A stretch of 64,000 nt of DNA from an uncultured virus (IMG/VR IMGVR_UViG_3300037294_000661) (Duplodnaviria; Heunggongvirae; Uroviricota; Caudoviricetes), in the IMG/VR virus record IMGVR_UViG_3300037294_000661; one strand, written 5' to 3'. The position numbers were made by a program, and so were the translations under genes. Shown in pieces: positions 25,998 to 36,262 of the stretch (position 1 is the stretch's first letter; each line of letters begins with the position of its first letter). Below the pieces are notes generated by a model. The model was given only the letters and a program-made list of their open reading frames with translations. It ran no database searches and was not told where the DNA came from.

Positions 25998-28741
25998 TGC
26001 TTGGACTGACTCTACGAGAAGAATTTCGAGGCAAGCGCCTCAAAGGGACAGCCATTGAGCTCTCCAACGACACGAACACCGGTGCGACCCAAATCGCTGC
26101 GAAGGAGTTTCTGGAGATCACCTATCCCACGCACGATCTGCTGAAGGGGATCGAGGCGGTCGGCCCGAACCAAGGCCGTCCGGTGGTGGTGATCGGTGAG
26201 CGCGGCCTCGGCAAGTCTCACTTGATGGCCGCGCTGTACCACGCGGTGAACGATGCGACCTCGACTGGTGCGTGGCTGAATTCGTGGGCAACCACCTTGA
26301 GTGATCCACAGATCGGCAAGATCGGGCTGCGCAGCGGAATGACGGTGATCGGCGAGAGCCTGCACCGGCAGCGCTACAAGTTTCTATGGGACTTGCTGTT
26401 CGAGCGCCATCCCCACGGCACCTACATCAAGGGCAAGTGGGAGGGCATGGGCGCGGCCAAGACTGACATCCCGTCTGACAAGCTGATCCTCGAGCTGTTG
26501 CAGCACACGCCGACGATGCTGCTGCTGGACGAATTCCAGACTTGGTACGACGGCCTGACCAACACCAAGCAGTACCCCTGGAAGAACTGGGCGTTCAACT
26601 TTATCCAGATCCTTTCCGAGATCGCCAAGGAGCATCCGGAGTTGCTGGTGCTTGTGATCTCGGTTCGCAACGGTGGCAGCGACGCCTATCAGCAAGTGCA
26701 TCGCGTCAACCCGGTCGCTATCGACTTCATGGCGGGCGGCAATCCCGAGCGGGTACAGCAGGATCGCCGCCGGATGCTGTTGCACCGCTTGTTCACCAAC
26801 CGGCTGCAGATCACCAAGCCCCAGATCGCGTCGCTCATCGAAACGCACGTGACCGAGAGCTTGCGCTTGATGGAGGTGCCCACCGCTGAGCATGAGCGCA
26901 AACGCAAGGAATTCCTGGTCTCGTGGCCGTTTGCCCCGCACCTGTTGCGCCTACTTGAAGAGCAGGTTCTGATCGCCACCGACGCGCAGGAAACGCGCGA
27001 CATGATTCGCATCCTGGCCAACCTTTACAAGAGCCAAGGCGAAGTAGCACCGGTGCTGACAGCGGCAGATTTCCGGCTGGATGACGATGCGTCGGGTATT
27101 GGTGCGCTGCTGGATTCGGTGTCAAACGAGCATCACCGCACGCTGCGCGCGAAGGCTCAGCAGAACATCATCTCGGTCACCGAAGCCGTGACCAACCACG
27201 CCAGTCTTGCGCCGCATCTGCAGGAGATCGTTGGCGCTTTGTGGCTGCGATCCATTGCTGTCGGCAATTTGGCTGGTGCCGAACCGGCAACGCTGCAGGT
27301 CGACATCACGCGCAACAAGGCCGTCGATGACAACGCGTTCCAAGTGGAGCTGGCGACCATCGTCGAGAACAGTTTCAACATCCACCAGGACGGCCCCCGG
27401 CTGGTTTTCAAGGAGGAAGAGAACCCTCGCGCCAAGCTGATGGCTTGTGCTCGCAATGACAAGCTGTTCACCGACGGGTCCGACCAAGCCCAGCTTGCCA
27501 AGCAGGTTCGCTACGTGATCGGTGGCACCGACGAGGTCGCCAAGACCTGCCGTGTGATCGCGCTGCCCAAGGCTTGGCAGACCGAGCCTTGGGTCAGTCT
27601 GGATGAAGCCGAGCAGCCGGAGCGTTGGGACGACCGCCTGCCCATCCTGGTGCTGCCAGAGGAACCGGACAACATCGACCAGCGTCTTGGCCGCTGGATC
27701 AAAGATCACCTGCAGAAGCGCCGCAACACCATCCGCTTCCTGCTGCCGCGATCCGGCTCCACCAATGCTTTCCAAGATCGCGACCTGCTGATCCTCGCGC
27801 GTGCCGAGATGAAGGCGCAGGAATGGAGCGGCCAGAACCCCGAGTACAAGAAGCTGCACACCGAGTATCAGGGTGCCCTGCGCGACATCTTGAAAAAGCG
27901 CTTCGACCGTTTTGCGGTGCTGCATCGCTGGAATTTCGCCGACCCGAACCAGTGCGTATTCAGCGTCGAGAGCCTGAAGAAGCAAGGTGCCCAGATCCCC
28001 GAAGGCATCGAGGAGGCGTTGACCAACGACCTGTTCGTGCCGGAGGACTTTGAAGACCTCGTGTTCGAAGCCGCCGCCGACAACTCGGCGGTTGGCAAGC
28101 TGCTGCGCGAGCTGCAAGAGCCTCGCCCAGCTGGTCAAGACTGCATTCCTTGGCTCGGCGAAACCGCAATGAAGGAACGCATCCTTCGCCTGTGCGCACG
28201 GGGCAAGATCGCCATCAATCTGCGCGGCCTTGAATACCTGCAGACCCAGCCCGGCGAGGATGAAGACTCAGCCTGGAAACGCCTGCGTCCCAAGCTGTCC
28301 TACACCGGCCGCCAGCTCGATGAAGTGTTCCTGATGGAACCCTCGGCGGTGCCGACTACGGGTGGCACCACGCCCCCTGCGCCTCAGCCGCCGACTGGCG
28401 GTGGCGAAGGCGGTGGGCTGTGGGGTGGCGGCACAACGCCACCGCCGCCCCCACCGGGCGGTGACACGACACCGGGGGGTGGCATGCCGCCGCCGGGTGG
28501 CGGAATCTTCGGCGGTGGCTCCAGCACTGGCGGCAAGCCCCGCATCCCACTGAGTAACCCGGCCACCTCCCCCTTGAATCTGATCGGCAAGCTCGAAGGC
28601 TGGGGCATTGGCCCGGCCACGCCAGTCGCCGAAGTCTCGATCAAGGTATCAGCGGCAACCGGAGCGCAACTCAAGGAACTGCTCAAGAAGCTGCCCGACG
28701 GTATGACCTTCGAGCTCAGTCTCGAAAAGGACGACAACTAA
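25997..28741 (+). CDS. DUF499-like / BrxC-related AAA+ ATPase
   Basis: FLEITYPT, Walker A GERGLGKSH, Walker B LLLDE, SWPFAP and QETRDMIRILA. Pro/Gly linker near the C-terminus. Confidence 0.8.
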   Translation: MLGLTLREEFRGKRLKGTAIELSNDTNTGATQIAAKEFLEITYPTHDLLKGIEAVGPNQGRPVVVIGERGLGKSHLMAALYHAVNDATSTGAWLNSWATTLSDPQIGKIGLRSGMTVIGESLHRQRYKFLWDLLFERHPHGTYIKGKWEGMGAAKTDIPSDKLILELLQHTPTMLLLDEFQTWYDGLTNTKQYPWKNWAFNFIQILSEIAKEHPELLVLVISVRNGGSDAYQQVHRVNPVAIDFMAGGNPERVQQDRRRMLLHRLFTNRLQITKPQIASLIETHVTESLRLMEVPTAEHERKRKEFLVSWPFAPHLLRLLEEQVLIATDAQETRDMIRILANLYKSQGEVAPVLTAADFRLDDDASGIGALLDSVSNEHHRTLRAKAQQNIISVTEAVTNHASLAPHLQEIVGALWLRSIAVGNLAGAEPATLQVDITRNKAVDDNAFQVELATIVENSFNIHQDGPRLVFKEEENPRAKLMACARNDKLFTDGSDQAQLAKQVRYVIGGTDEVAKTCRVIALPKAWQTEPWVSLDEAEQPERWDDRLPILVLPEEPDNIDQRLGRWIKDHLQKRRNTIRFLLPRSGSTNAFQDRDLLILARAEMKAQEWSGQNPEYKKLHTEYQGALRDILKKRFDRFAVLHRWNFADPNQCVFSVESLKKQGAQIPEGIEEALTNDLFVPEDFEDLVFEAAADNSAVGKLLRELQEPRPAGQDCIPWLGETAMKERILRLCARGKIAINLRGLEYLQTQPGEDEDSAWKRLRPKLSYTGRQLDEVFLMEPSAVPTTGGTTPPAPQPPTGGGEGGGLWGGGTTPPPPPPGGDTTPGGGMPPPGGGIFGGGSSTGGKPRIPLSNPATSPLNLIGKLEGWGIGPATPVAEVSIKVSAATGAQLKELLKKLPDGMTFELSLEKDDN

Positions 28742-29742
28742 TGCCGCTCGACGCCGGGGTACTGAACAGCCTGACCAAAGGCTCTGCCGAGGACGCGTGG
28801 CGCGTCATCATCAACAACGCCGTTGAGATTGCGTCGAAGCCGCTGGCTGCAGGCAACGCGTCCAGCGAGGTGATCAAGCGCGACCGCGAAATCGGCACAC
28901 TTGATCACTTCCTGTCCTCCACCGGCTGGGACTTGTGGCAAGCCTTCGGCGACACCGTCGAACGCACCTCGGATCGACTGGCGCGCTGGTGGAACGAGCC
29001 CTACAGCGCCAAAGCGGTGCTGGTACTGGATGGCCTGTCCCTGCGTGAACTGCCTTGGCTGCTACAAGGTGCCAAGGAGCGCGGTTTCACCCTACACGAG
29101 GTGTCTGCCAATGCTTCTGAACTGCCGGGGGAGACCAATGAATTCGCGCGAGCCTTGGGCTTCGGGAGCCGCAGCCAGCTTCAGAACAACGGCGGAGGCC
29201 TTGCGCACAAGCTGCAACCGGCGCACACCGAGTGTGTCGATATGCCTTGGAAGGATTGTGCTGGCCTGATCAACGGCACGCCGAACTGGGTGTTCTGGCA
29301 CCAATGGCCCGACAGCAAACTTCACGACGGCGCTGGCGCAGGCCAAGGACTCGACACGCTGACCCGCGACGTTGCCGATCAACTCAGCAGCGATGAATTC
29401 TGGGCATTCGTCGAGCAATTGGCCACCGGACGGCGGCTGGTCATCACCTCCGACCACGGTTACGCCGCCACGGGCTACTTCCCCGACGCCGATGGCGAGG
29501 TGGGCCAGTTCCTCAAGAAAACGTTCGCCAGCGGTCGCAGCGCCAAGGGCACCGGTCTCTCTGCAAAAGACTGCGGCCCCTTCGTGCCACCGGTGGCACT
29601 GCAGATCAATAGCCCGCACGGCGCTCACCTTCTGGCCGTCGGCCGCTGGAAGTGGAAAAGCCAGGGCGGCTACCCGACGTTGACTCACGGCGGCCTCTCA
29701 TTGCTTGAGGTGCTGTCGCCCTTCGTCGAACTCACAAAATAA
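28741..29742 (+). CDS. PglZ-like alkaline-phosphatase-fold protein
   Basis: VLDGLS, ITSDHGY and THGGLSLLEVLSP are PglZ core motifs. Confidence 0.85.
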   Translation: MPLDAGVLNSLTKGSAEDAWRVIINNAVEIASKPLAAGNASSEVIKRDREIGTLDHFLSSTGWDLWQAFGDTVERTSDRLARWWNEPYSAKAVLVLDGLSLRELPWLLQGAKERGFTLHEVSANASELPGETNEFARALGFGSRSQLQNNGGGLAHKLQPAHTECVDMPWKDCAGLINGTPNWVFWHQWPDSKLHDGAGAGQGLDTLTRDVADQLSSDEFWAFVEQLATGRRLVITSDHGYAATGYFPDADGEVGQFLKKTFASGRSAKGTGLSAKDCGPFVPPVALQINSPHGAHLLAVGRWKWKSQGGYPTLTHGGLSLLEVLSPFVELTK

Positions 29743-29754
29743 GGAACTTGCTGT

Positions 29755-32700
29755 ATGGCAACCAAAAAAGAACAACTAGCGCACGAAATTGCTCGCGTAG
29801 TGAGCGCCGGAAAACCAATTTCCGTAGAAACGGTTGACTTTAATGATCCGGATCGACCAAAGACCTGCTTGGAAGTAGATTTCCCCCTGCTTCCAATCAA
29901 CGAAATCGCAAAGATCGAAAGCTCGTCGGGAGCTGGTCGAAAGCCTGTTTATACAATGAGCAAATGGTGGGCCCGTCGCCCATCCAGTGTTTTTCGGTCA
30001 CTACTTATTGCAGCCGCAACTAAGGCGCCAGAGGACAAAGCTCAATCGGCAAGACTCGTGTGGGATAGTTATTACAACAACCACCAGCAGAAGGGAAACT
30101 TCTCCAATCTGAACGTTGCTGACATCTTTATGGGTGGCGGTACAACGTTGGTTGAAGGGGCAAGACTTGGCTTCAACATGGTCGGCAATGACTTGAACCC
30201 AGTGGCATGGTTCGTTGTAAAAAACGAGGTTGCCTCAGTCGATTCTGAGGAAGTCCGAGCGCTACTCGATGATATTGAACGAGAAGTGAAGCCGCAGATT
30301 GCGCCATTTATCGCTTGTGACGGCCCTGGCGGTGAGAAAGGCAAATGGACTCATACTCCGACAAACAGAGTAATGCCGTCAGATTTCGATCCACTTAGTC
30401 TGAATCCAAATCAACGATGTGAGTACCACTACGACGGACCCGAAATAATTTACACCTTTTGGTCAAAGCATGGTCCCTGCCAAGTGACCAGCTGTGGCCA
30501 TCGAACGCCGATTATGCAAAGTCCGGTCATAGCGGTGAAAACCTTAACAATCAAACACTGGGAGCACGAGTGCAGCAAATGCGGGAGTGAATTTCACATT
30601 GAAGATGGATCTGCACGCATGGCCCCCGACGTTCCGCTATTCGTGGCTCCCAATGAGTACCCATATTCGGTGATTGATCCCAAAAAGGGAATCATTTGCC
30701 CAAGCTGCGGACACTCGTCAGTTATCAAACTGGACAAGGGCAAAAGTAAAAAAATTGAACTATCTCTTCTGATTCATCCCGAGTGGATGGCTGGGAACTC
30801 CAAAACTGGGGTGAACGGGGAACCATTGGGTGGTACTGCACAAGACTCGCCAAAGTATACGAAGCTCTGGAACACCGAGCGAGCAAAACATATACGCTTG
30901 CTTGAAGTTCGAGGAAGCTTGCCTGATTCAGTCACCTGCCCTGAAACGGGTGTGACCTTCAACTCAAAGATCGGCACCGTACCAAAACGATCAAACTATG
31001 CCTGCGGATCCTGCGGCACTGTTCAAGATGTACTTACAACGGTCAAGGCATCGGGTAAAACGGGACCAGTGGCTGGATATGCAGTACAGGGTTACGCACC
31101 CAAATACGATGCGAGCGGAGCTCCTTACAGGGGACGGTTTTTTGCTCCTTTCACTGAAAAACAAGCAACTCAATTCAACAAAGCCTGTGATGAGTGGTCG
31201 GAGCGCAAGGAAGGGGATCTAGCGGATTATTGGCCGCGACAAGGCATCCCTTTCGGGTTTATGACGGGTATGGCGAATGGAGATATTCGCGAGGGTCATG
31301 GATTCACGCATTGGTGGACGATGTTTAACCCTAGACAAATGTTGATCCTCGCTCAGCTTTTGCGTGCGATCGTTGTGGCTGGTGGTGATCGTCATAGTTG
31401 GCAGGTGCGCGAATATGTGCTCGGAGCTTTTCATCGATATCTTCAGCACCAAAATATGTTCTGCTTCTGGGATATCCAGCAAGATTGTGTAGCGCCAAGC
31501 CTGAGTAATGCAAACTATCATCCAAAATCATCTTTGGTTGAAAATAGCGTTTTTGCGAGCCTCGGTCGAGGGAACTGGCGATCTTCAGTCGGGAACTTAT
31601 TCGAGACCATTGAATGGCTGAAAAATCCATGGGACTTGGTCAGCAATCAACGTCTAATTGCATTAGAGCCAAAGCTTGCCGGGAAAGTATCAGGAAAATC
31701 GGAAAAAGCTTTTCTTGGGGATCGAATAAAGAAGACGCCACGTATTGAATGTGGCTCATCGACTGAGCTCAATCACATTGAAACCAACTCTATAGACTTG
31801 GTAATCACCGACCCTCCCTTTGGCGGGCTACTGCACTACTCAGAGCTTGCGGATTTCTTTTATGTTTGGTTGAGGCTTGCACTCAAGGGCAAGTATCCAA
31901 ATATTTTTTCTGCAGAGTTAACACCAAAGGCACTGGAGGTTGTGGCCAACAAGGCCCGCGAGCCAGAAGATGCAGACGGTTTCTATCAACGATTACTGAC
32001 GCAATGCTGGCGCGAGGCACATCGAATCCTAAAGCCCGGTGGAATACTCGCATTTACATTCCACCACAGCGAAGATGATCCGTGGGTTGCTGTACTGGAA
32101 TCGTTGTTTGATGCGGGTTATTACCTTGAGGCGACGTATCCGATCCGCTCGGATGAGTCCAAGGGCGAAGGTGAGTTTGGATCAAAGAGCATTGAGTACG
32201 ACATCATTCACGTCTGTCGAAAACGCACTGAAGAACCCAAGCCGGTGAGCTGGGGCCGGATGCGCCGTGAGGTGTTGGCTGATGTACGGCAATTGCAGGC
32301 AATGCTGGAGAACCACGCCAAGGAAGGCTTGCCTGCCGCTGATATTCAGGTAATCCGGCGCGGCAAGGCGCTGGAGTACTTTTCACGCCACTATGGCAAG
32401 GTGTACGTGGATGAGGGTCGTACGATATCCGTCAAGGATGCATTGGTTGGTATTAATCAACTGATCGATGAAGACGGTAAAGGCGGCCTTGAGCCACCCC
32501 CTGTAAATGCAGAGCCGATCTCCCGGCAGTTCCTGCGAGTTTTTGACGGAAAGACTGAACTGCCACGTGATCAGCTTCAGAAGTTTCTGCGCGGAACTGG
32601 CATGGCCCCAGACGAGTTTGAACAACGCGGATGGTGCTCAGAAAAAAGCAAAGTCTTCACACGAGTAAATCCATTGGACTTTGCTCGCGAGTGGTCGGGC

Positions 32701-32979
32701 AAGCACAAGCGCCGCTTGACCTCGGATTTGGATCAGGCGCTGGTGCTGATCGGTGCGTGCTTTGATGGCAGCGGCATCAACGCGTCCGACACGCTGAAGA
32801 ACGACAACTTCAAGCCCCACGTGGCGCTCAAGTCCTTGCTCGAATGGCTGCACAAGAAAAGTCCTGATCAGGCCAGTCGGAATGCGGCCTCGCGCGCGGT
32901 CTCGATCTACAACGGCTGGGCTGCGACGCAAGCGGTCAAGCCAACGCAGGGCTCGCTTTTTGAGGAGTACGAGCTATGA
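29755..32979 (+). CDS. DUF1156-like amino-DNA methyltransferase with Zn-ribbon inserts
   Basis: KWWARRP, DIFMGGGT (motif I), ITDPPF (motif IV) and several CxxC pairs. Confidence 0.9.
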   Translation: MATKKEQLAHEIARVVSAGKPISVETVDFNDPDRPKTCLEVDFPLLPINEIAKIESSSGAGRKPVYTMSKWWARRPSSVFRSLLIAAATKAPEDKAQSARLVWDSYYNNHQQKGNFSNLNVADIFMGGGTTLVEGARLGFNMVGNDLNPVAWFVVKNEVASVDSEEVRALLDDIEREVKPQIAPFIACDGPGGEKGKWTHTPTNRVMPSDFDPLSLNPNQRCEYHYDGPEIIYTFWSKHGPCQVTSCGHRTPIMQSPVIAVKTLTIKHWEHECSKCGSEFHIEDGSARMAPDVPLFVAPNEYPYSVIDPKKGIICPSCGHSSVIKLDKGKSKKIELSLLIHPEWMAGNSKTGVNGEPLGGTAQDSPKYTKLWNTERAKHIRLLEVRGSLPDSVTCPETGVTFNSKIGTVPKRSNYACGSCGTVQDVLTTVKASGKTGPVAGYAVQGYAPKYDASGAPYRGRFFAPFTEKQATQFNKACDEWSERKEGDLADYWPRQGIPFGFMTGMANGDIREGHGFTHWWTMFNPRQMLILAQLLRAIVVAGGDRHSWQVREYVLGAFHRYLQHQNMFCFWDIQQDCVAPSLSNANYHPKSSLVENSVFASLGRGNWRSSVGNLFETIEWLKNPWDLVSNQRLIALEPKLAGKVSGKSEKAFLGDRIKKTPRIECGSSTELNHIETNSIDLVITDPPFGGLLHYSELADFFYVWLRLALKGKYPNIFSAELTPKALEVVANKAREPEDADGFYQRLLTQCWREAHRILKPGGILAFTFHHSEDDPWVAVLESLFDAGYYLEATYPIRSDESKGEGEFGSKSIEYDIIHVCRKRTEEPKPVSWGRMRREVLADVRQLQAMLENHAKEGLPAADIQVIRRGKALEYFSRHYGKVYVDEGRTISVKDALVGINQLIDEDGKGGLEPPPVNAEPISRQFLRVFDGKTELPRDQLQKFLRGTGMAPDEFEQRGWCSEKSKVFTRVNPLDFAREWSGKHKRRLTSDLDQALVLIGACFDGSGINASDTLKNDNFKPHVALKSLLEWLHKKSPDQASRNAASRAVSIYNGWAATQAVKPTQGSLFEEYEL

Positions 32980-33476
32980 AGCAACTGCTCGACACGGTTT
33001 GGCAGCGGCGCGGCACCAGCTGGGTATGGGACGAAGAGGCTCGCAATCAGGTGTGCGCGGCCAGCGAGGTGTGGAGCCTGCGACAGTTCTTGCAGGCGGC
33101 GGGCCATTGGCCCGACGACTTGCCCAGCAATGGCAACAACACACTCGTTGTCGCAGGGCTGGAAGGCGGCCTCGATCTGCTGACGCCCGAGGACGCCGAG
33201 ACTTGGCTAAGCGATGGGGTCAAGGATGCGATCTTGTCGTTTCAGTCCTACTACGAGGGTGAAGCGTCCTTGATTTTTTGGCTGCCATCAGGTCTCGGAA
33301 GGATCAAGTTTCATCCCGCCACCGACTCGGTTGAGTGGCGCTGCGCAGCACCGCACAGCGACCGCCTGCTCGCGTTCGGCCGCATTCTGTGGGGTGAAGC
33401 CAACGAGTATCCGCAGGAGATCCTGCTCCGTGAGGGCAGCAAGCCTGCTGGCTTGTTTCATTTGCGGATCACCTGA
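32976..33476 (+). CDS. Hypothetical protein in the defence operon (possibly a degenerate P-loop/BrxB-like fold)
   Basis: ATGA overlap with the methylase gene; LVVAGLE resembles a degenerate Walker B (speculative). Confidence 0.75.
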   Translation: MKQLLDTVWQRRGTSWVWDEEARNQVCAASEVWSLRQFLQAAGHWPDDLPSNGNNTLVVAGLEGGLDLLTPEDAETWLSDGVKDAILSFQSYYEGEASLIFWLPSGLGRIKFHPATDSVEWRCAAPHSDRLLAFGRILWGEANEYPQEILLREGSKPAGLFHLRIT

Positions 33477-33485
33477 GGACAGCGC

Positions 33486-36260
33486 GTGGAAGTAAAGACT
33501 CAGCTCCAACCCGGCGAACGGATCACCCATCACGAATTCGGCCAAGGCGTAGTTCTTGATCCGGCGCGCGACGGCTACCTGCGCGCGTTCTTCGGCGTGG
33601 GCGAGCGCCGGGTGCCGGTTGGCTCGGTTCACCGCCAGCTCTCCCGCACCGAACGCATCTTGCGAGCAGTGGACGGCAACGCCGACCGCGCACGCAAGGC
33701 GTGGCTGTCCTATGAGGCGCACGCGCTACCAGTGATGGAAAGCGCGTCGGCGCTGACCTCGGCCAAGATCGACCTGCTGCCTCACCAAGTGGTGCTGACG
33801 CACCGCATCGCCACGGCATCGCCACGGCGCTATCTCATCGCGGACGAGGTCGGGCTGGGCAAGACCATCGAGACGGCACTCATCCTGCGCGAGCTGGCCA
33901 GCAGGGGTGAATTGACCCGGGCGCTGATGGTGGTTCCAGCGGGTCTGGTGAACAACTGGCACCGCGAGCTGAACGAAGTGTTCAACCTCGACTTCGAGGT
34001 GTTCGGCTCCGAGGGCGACATCACCGACCGAAAAACCAACGCCTTCGCCAAGCACGACCGGCTGATCGCCAGCATCGACACACTAAAGCGCCCGGCACGC
34101 ATCAAGCGCCTGCTGGACGCGCCGCGCTGGGATTTGGTGGTGTTCGACGAAGCGCATCACCTCACCGCTTACCGCAATGGCGGCAAGGTGAGAAAGACAG
34201 AGAACTACAAGCTGGCCGAGGCATTGAAGGATCACTCGCGTGACCTGATGCTGCTCTCTGCCACGCCGCACCAGGGCAATCACTTCCAGTTCTGGATGCT
34301 GGCGCAACTGCTGAACCCGACGCTATTCAGCAGCCCCGAGGAAATGCTGGAACACCGGCACCGCCTGAACACGGTGATGTTCCGTCGTACGAAAGCAGAC
34401 GCCTGTCAGCCGGATGGCTCGCCGCTGTTTGCACGGCGCTGGGTGCATACCGAGTCCTTCCTGATGGGCCCGGAGGAGCGCCTCTTCTACGAGAAGCTGC
34501 GCGAGTACCTGGAGGATGGTTTCGACCTTGCGCGTCGCCAGGGCGGCCAGGGGCGAGCGCTCGGCTTCTTGATGGCGATCTTCCAGAAGATTGCTGCATC
34601 GAGTTTCGCTGCTGTGCGGCGAACCATGAAACGCCGTCTGCTGATGCTGACGCTGCACGAGGCATTCCTGCGGGATAAAGACCTCGACATTGAAGGCCGC
34701 GAGCGGCTGACCGAGGAGGCCCGAGAACTGATCCACGAGGAGTTCAAACTTGCACGCGACAGCATCGGGCGCAGTGAGGTGGATCGTGTGCTGGCCGATC
34801 TCAAGTATCGACTGGTCAAGAAGCTAGACGAGGAAGCGCTGGAGCTGGCCTCCGACCCTTACGGCAGCGAATATGGAGCCGCCCACGCGGAAGAAGCCGC
34901 GTCGGCTGTCGTGGAACTGCATCTGCCCGAAGAACGACTGCGCATCGGAGATCTGCTCAAGGTCTTTCCACAGCAGCGTGAGACCAAAGCGCAGAAGCTC
35001 CTGGATGGCCTTGGCATTCTGTGGCGGCAGAACCCGAACGAGAAGATCGTCGTGTTTGCCACCTACCTCGGCACGGTGGACTTGATTGCGAGGGAGATCG
35101 AGCAGACCTTCCCCGGCCAGGGCGTGGCGGTGCTGCGTGGTGGTGATCACGGTGCCAAGCTTGCCGCAGAGCGCCGCTTCCGTCAGAAGGACGGCCCGCG
35201 CGTGTTGGTCTGTACAGCGGCTGGCCGTGAAGGCATCAACCTGCAGTTCGCGCGCATATTGTTCAATTTTGATTTGCCGTGGAACCCGATGGATATCGAG
35301 CAGCGCATCGGGCGCATCCATCGATACGGACAAAACCACACAGCGCAGGTCTACAACCTTGTGCTGTCGGACACCATCGAGGGCCGCATCTTCCTGATGC
35401 TGGACGAAAAGCTGATCGAGATTGCCAAGACAGTCGGCAAGGTCGATGACCAAGGCAACGTCGCCGAAGACCTGCGTGCACAGATTCTTGGACAACTCTC
35501 CGAGCGACTGAACTACGACCGCCTCTACCAAGAAGCGCTGTCAGACCCCGAGCTCAAGCGGACAAAGGTGGAACTGGAAGCTGCCCTGTCCAATTCGCGC
35601 GAAGCACGGCAGGTCGTATTCGACCTTTTCCAAGACCTCAATGGCTTTAGCCTCGATGACTACAAACCCTTTTCCGACGTGTCCTCGGGGCTGGATCGCT
35701 TGGTGCGGTTCATGTCCGCAGCGGTGGCAGATCGGCAGCAGCGGCTCGTCAAGGTGGACGACGAGACCTATGACCTTGTGACGGCCGATGGTGCGCGCAA
35801 GGCCCGGTTTACTTTGAATCGAGAGACGGCCACGAGTAACGACAACGTGGAGCTGATGGGGCTGGATCACCCGCTGGTGCAGGAAGAGCTTGGTCGCTGG
35901 CGTATCGTACCGCCGGAAGATCTCGGAATTGCCGTTGCAGCTGATGTCGACGACCCAGTACTGCTGTCGTTTTGGATGGTCGAGGCCTCCGGCAAAAATG
36001 GAGAGCGCCGCGTGGTGGTTCAGCCGATTGCGGTCAAGCAGGACGGCACGCGTGTGCCTGCGGTGGAGCGGCAATGTGAACGCTACCTGCAGGCCCCGAC
36101 AGCCACGCCCAAATTCTCAGCGGATCAGCGGCTCGATCTATTTTCACACGCTGTCGAGCCTACGCTGCAGCGTGAGCTCAAGCACAAAGGCGCGGCAAAT
36201 GGCGACGGCAGCTACTCGGCCGAGTTGATCGGCTACGTCGAAATCGTGGCGAAGGGGTAA
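33486..36260 (+). CDS. SNF2-family helicase/translocase
   Basis: LIADEVGLGKT, DEAHH, LSATPH, EGINLQ and QRIGRIHRYGQ motifs. Confidence 0.95.
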   Translation: MEVKTQLQPGERITHHEFGQGVVLDPARDGYLRAFFGVGERRVPVGSVHRQLSRTERILRAVDGNADRARKAWLSYEAHALPVMESASALTSAKIDLLPHQVVLTHRIATASPRRYLIADEVGLGKTIETALILRELASRGELTRALMVVPAGLVNNWHRELNEVFNLDFEVFGSEGDITDRKTNAFAKHDRLIASIDTLKRPARIKRLLDAPRWDLVVFDEAHHLTAYRNGGKVRKTENYKLAEALKDHSRDLMLLSATPHQGNHFQFWMLAQLLNPTLFSSPEEMLEHRHRLNTVMFRRTKADACQPDGSPLFARRWVHTESFLMGPEERLFYEKLREYLEDGFDLARRQGGQGRALGFLMAIFQKIAASSFAAVRRTMKRRLLMLTLHEAFLRDKDLDIEGRERLTEEARELIHEEFKLARDSIGRSEVDRVLADLKYRLVKKLDEEALELASDPYGSEYGAAHAEEAASAVVELHLPEERLRIGDLLKVFPQQRETKAQKLLDGLGILWRQNPNEKIVVFATYLGTVDLIAREIEQTFPGQGVAVLRGGDHGAKLAAERRFRQKDGPRVLVCTAAGREGINLQFARILFNFDLPWNPMDIEQRIGRIHRYGQNHTAQVYNLVLSDTIEGRIFLMLDEKLIEIAKTVGKVDDQGNVAEDLRAQILGQLSERLNYDRLYQEALSDPELKRTKVELEAALSNSREARQVVFDLFQDLNGFSLDDYKPFSDVSSGLDRLVRFMSAAVADRQQRLVKVDDETYDLVTADGARKARFTLNRETATSNDNVELMGLDHPLVQEELGRWRIVPPEDLGIAVAADVDDPVLLSFWMVEASGKNGERRVVVQPIAVKQDGTRVPAVERQCERYLQAPTATPKFSADQRLDLFSHAVEPTLQRELKHKGAANGDGSYSAELIGYVEIVAKG

Positions 36261-36262
36261 AT

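Noticed and set aside
28355..28535. GGC/CCG-rich repeat as a separate element
   Set aside because: It is the in-frame Pro/Gly linker of the DUF499-like ATPase.
25997..36260. Canonical type I BREX or DISARM
   Set aside because: No recognisable BrxA, BrxL, PglW or DrmA/DrmB; PglZ is minimal and the methylase is DUF1156-like.
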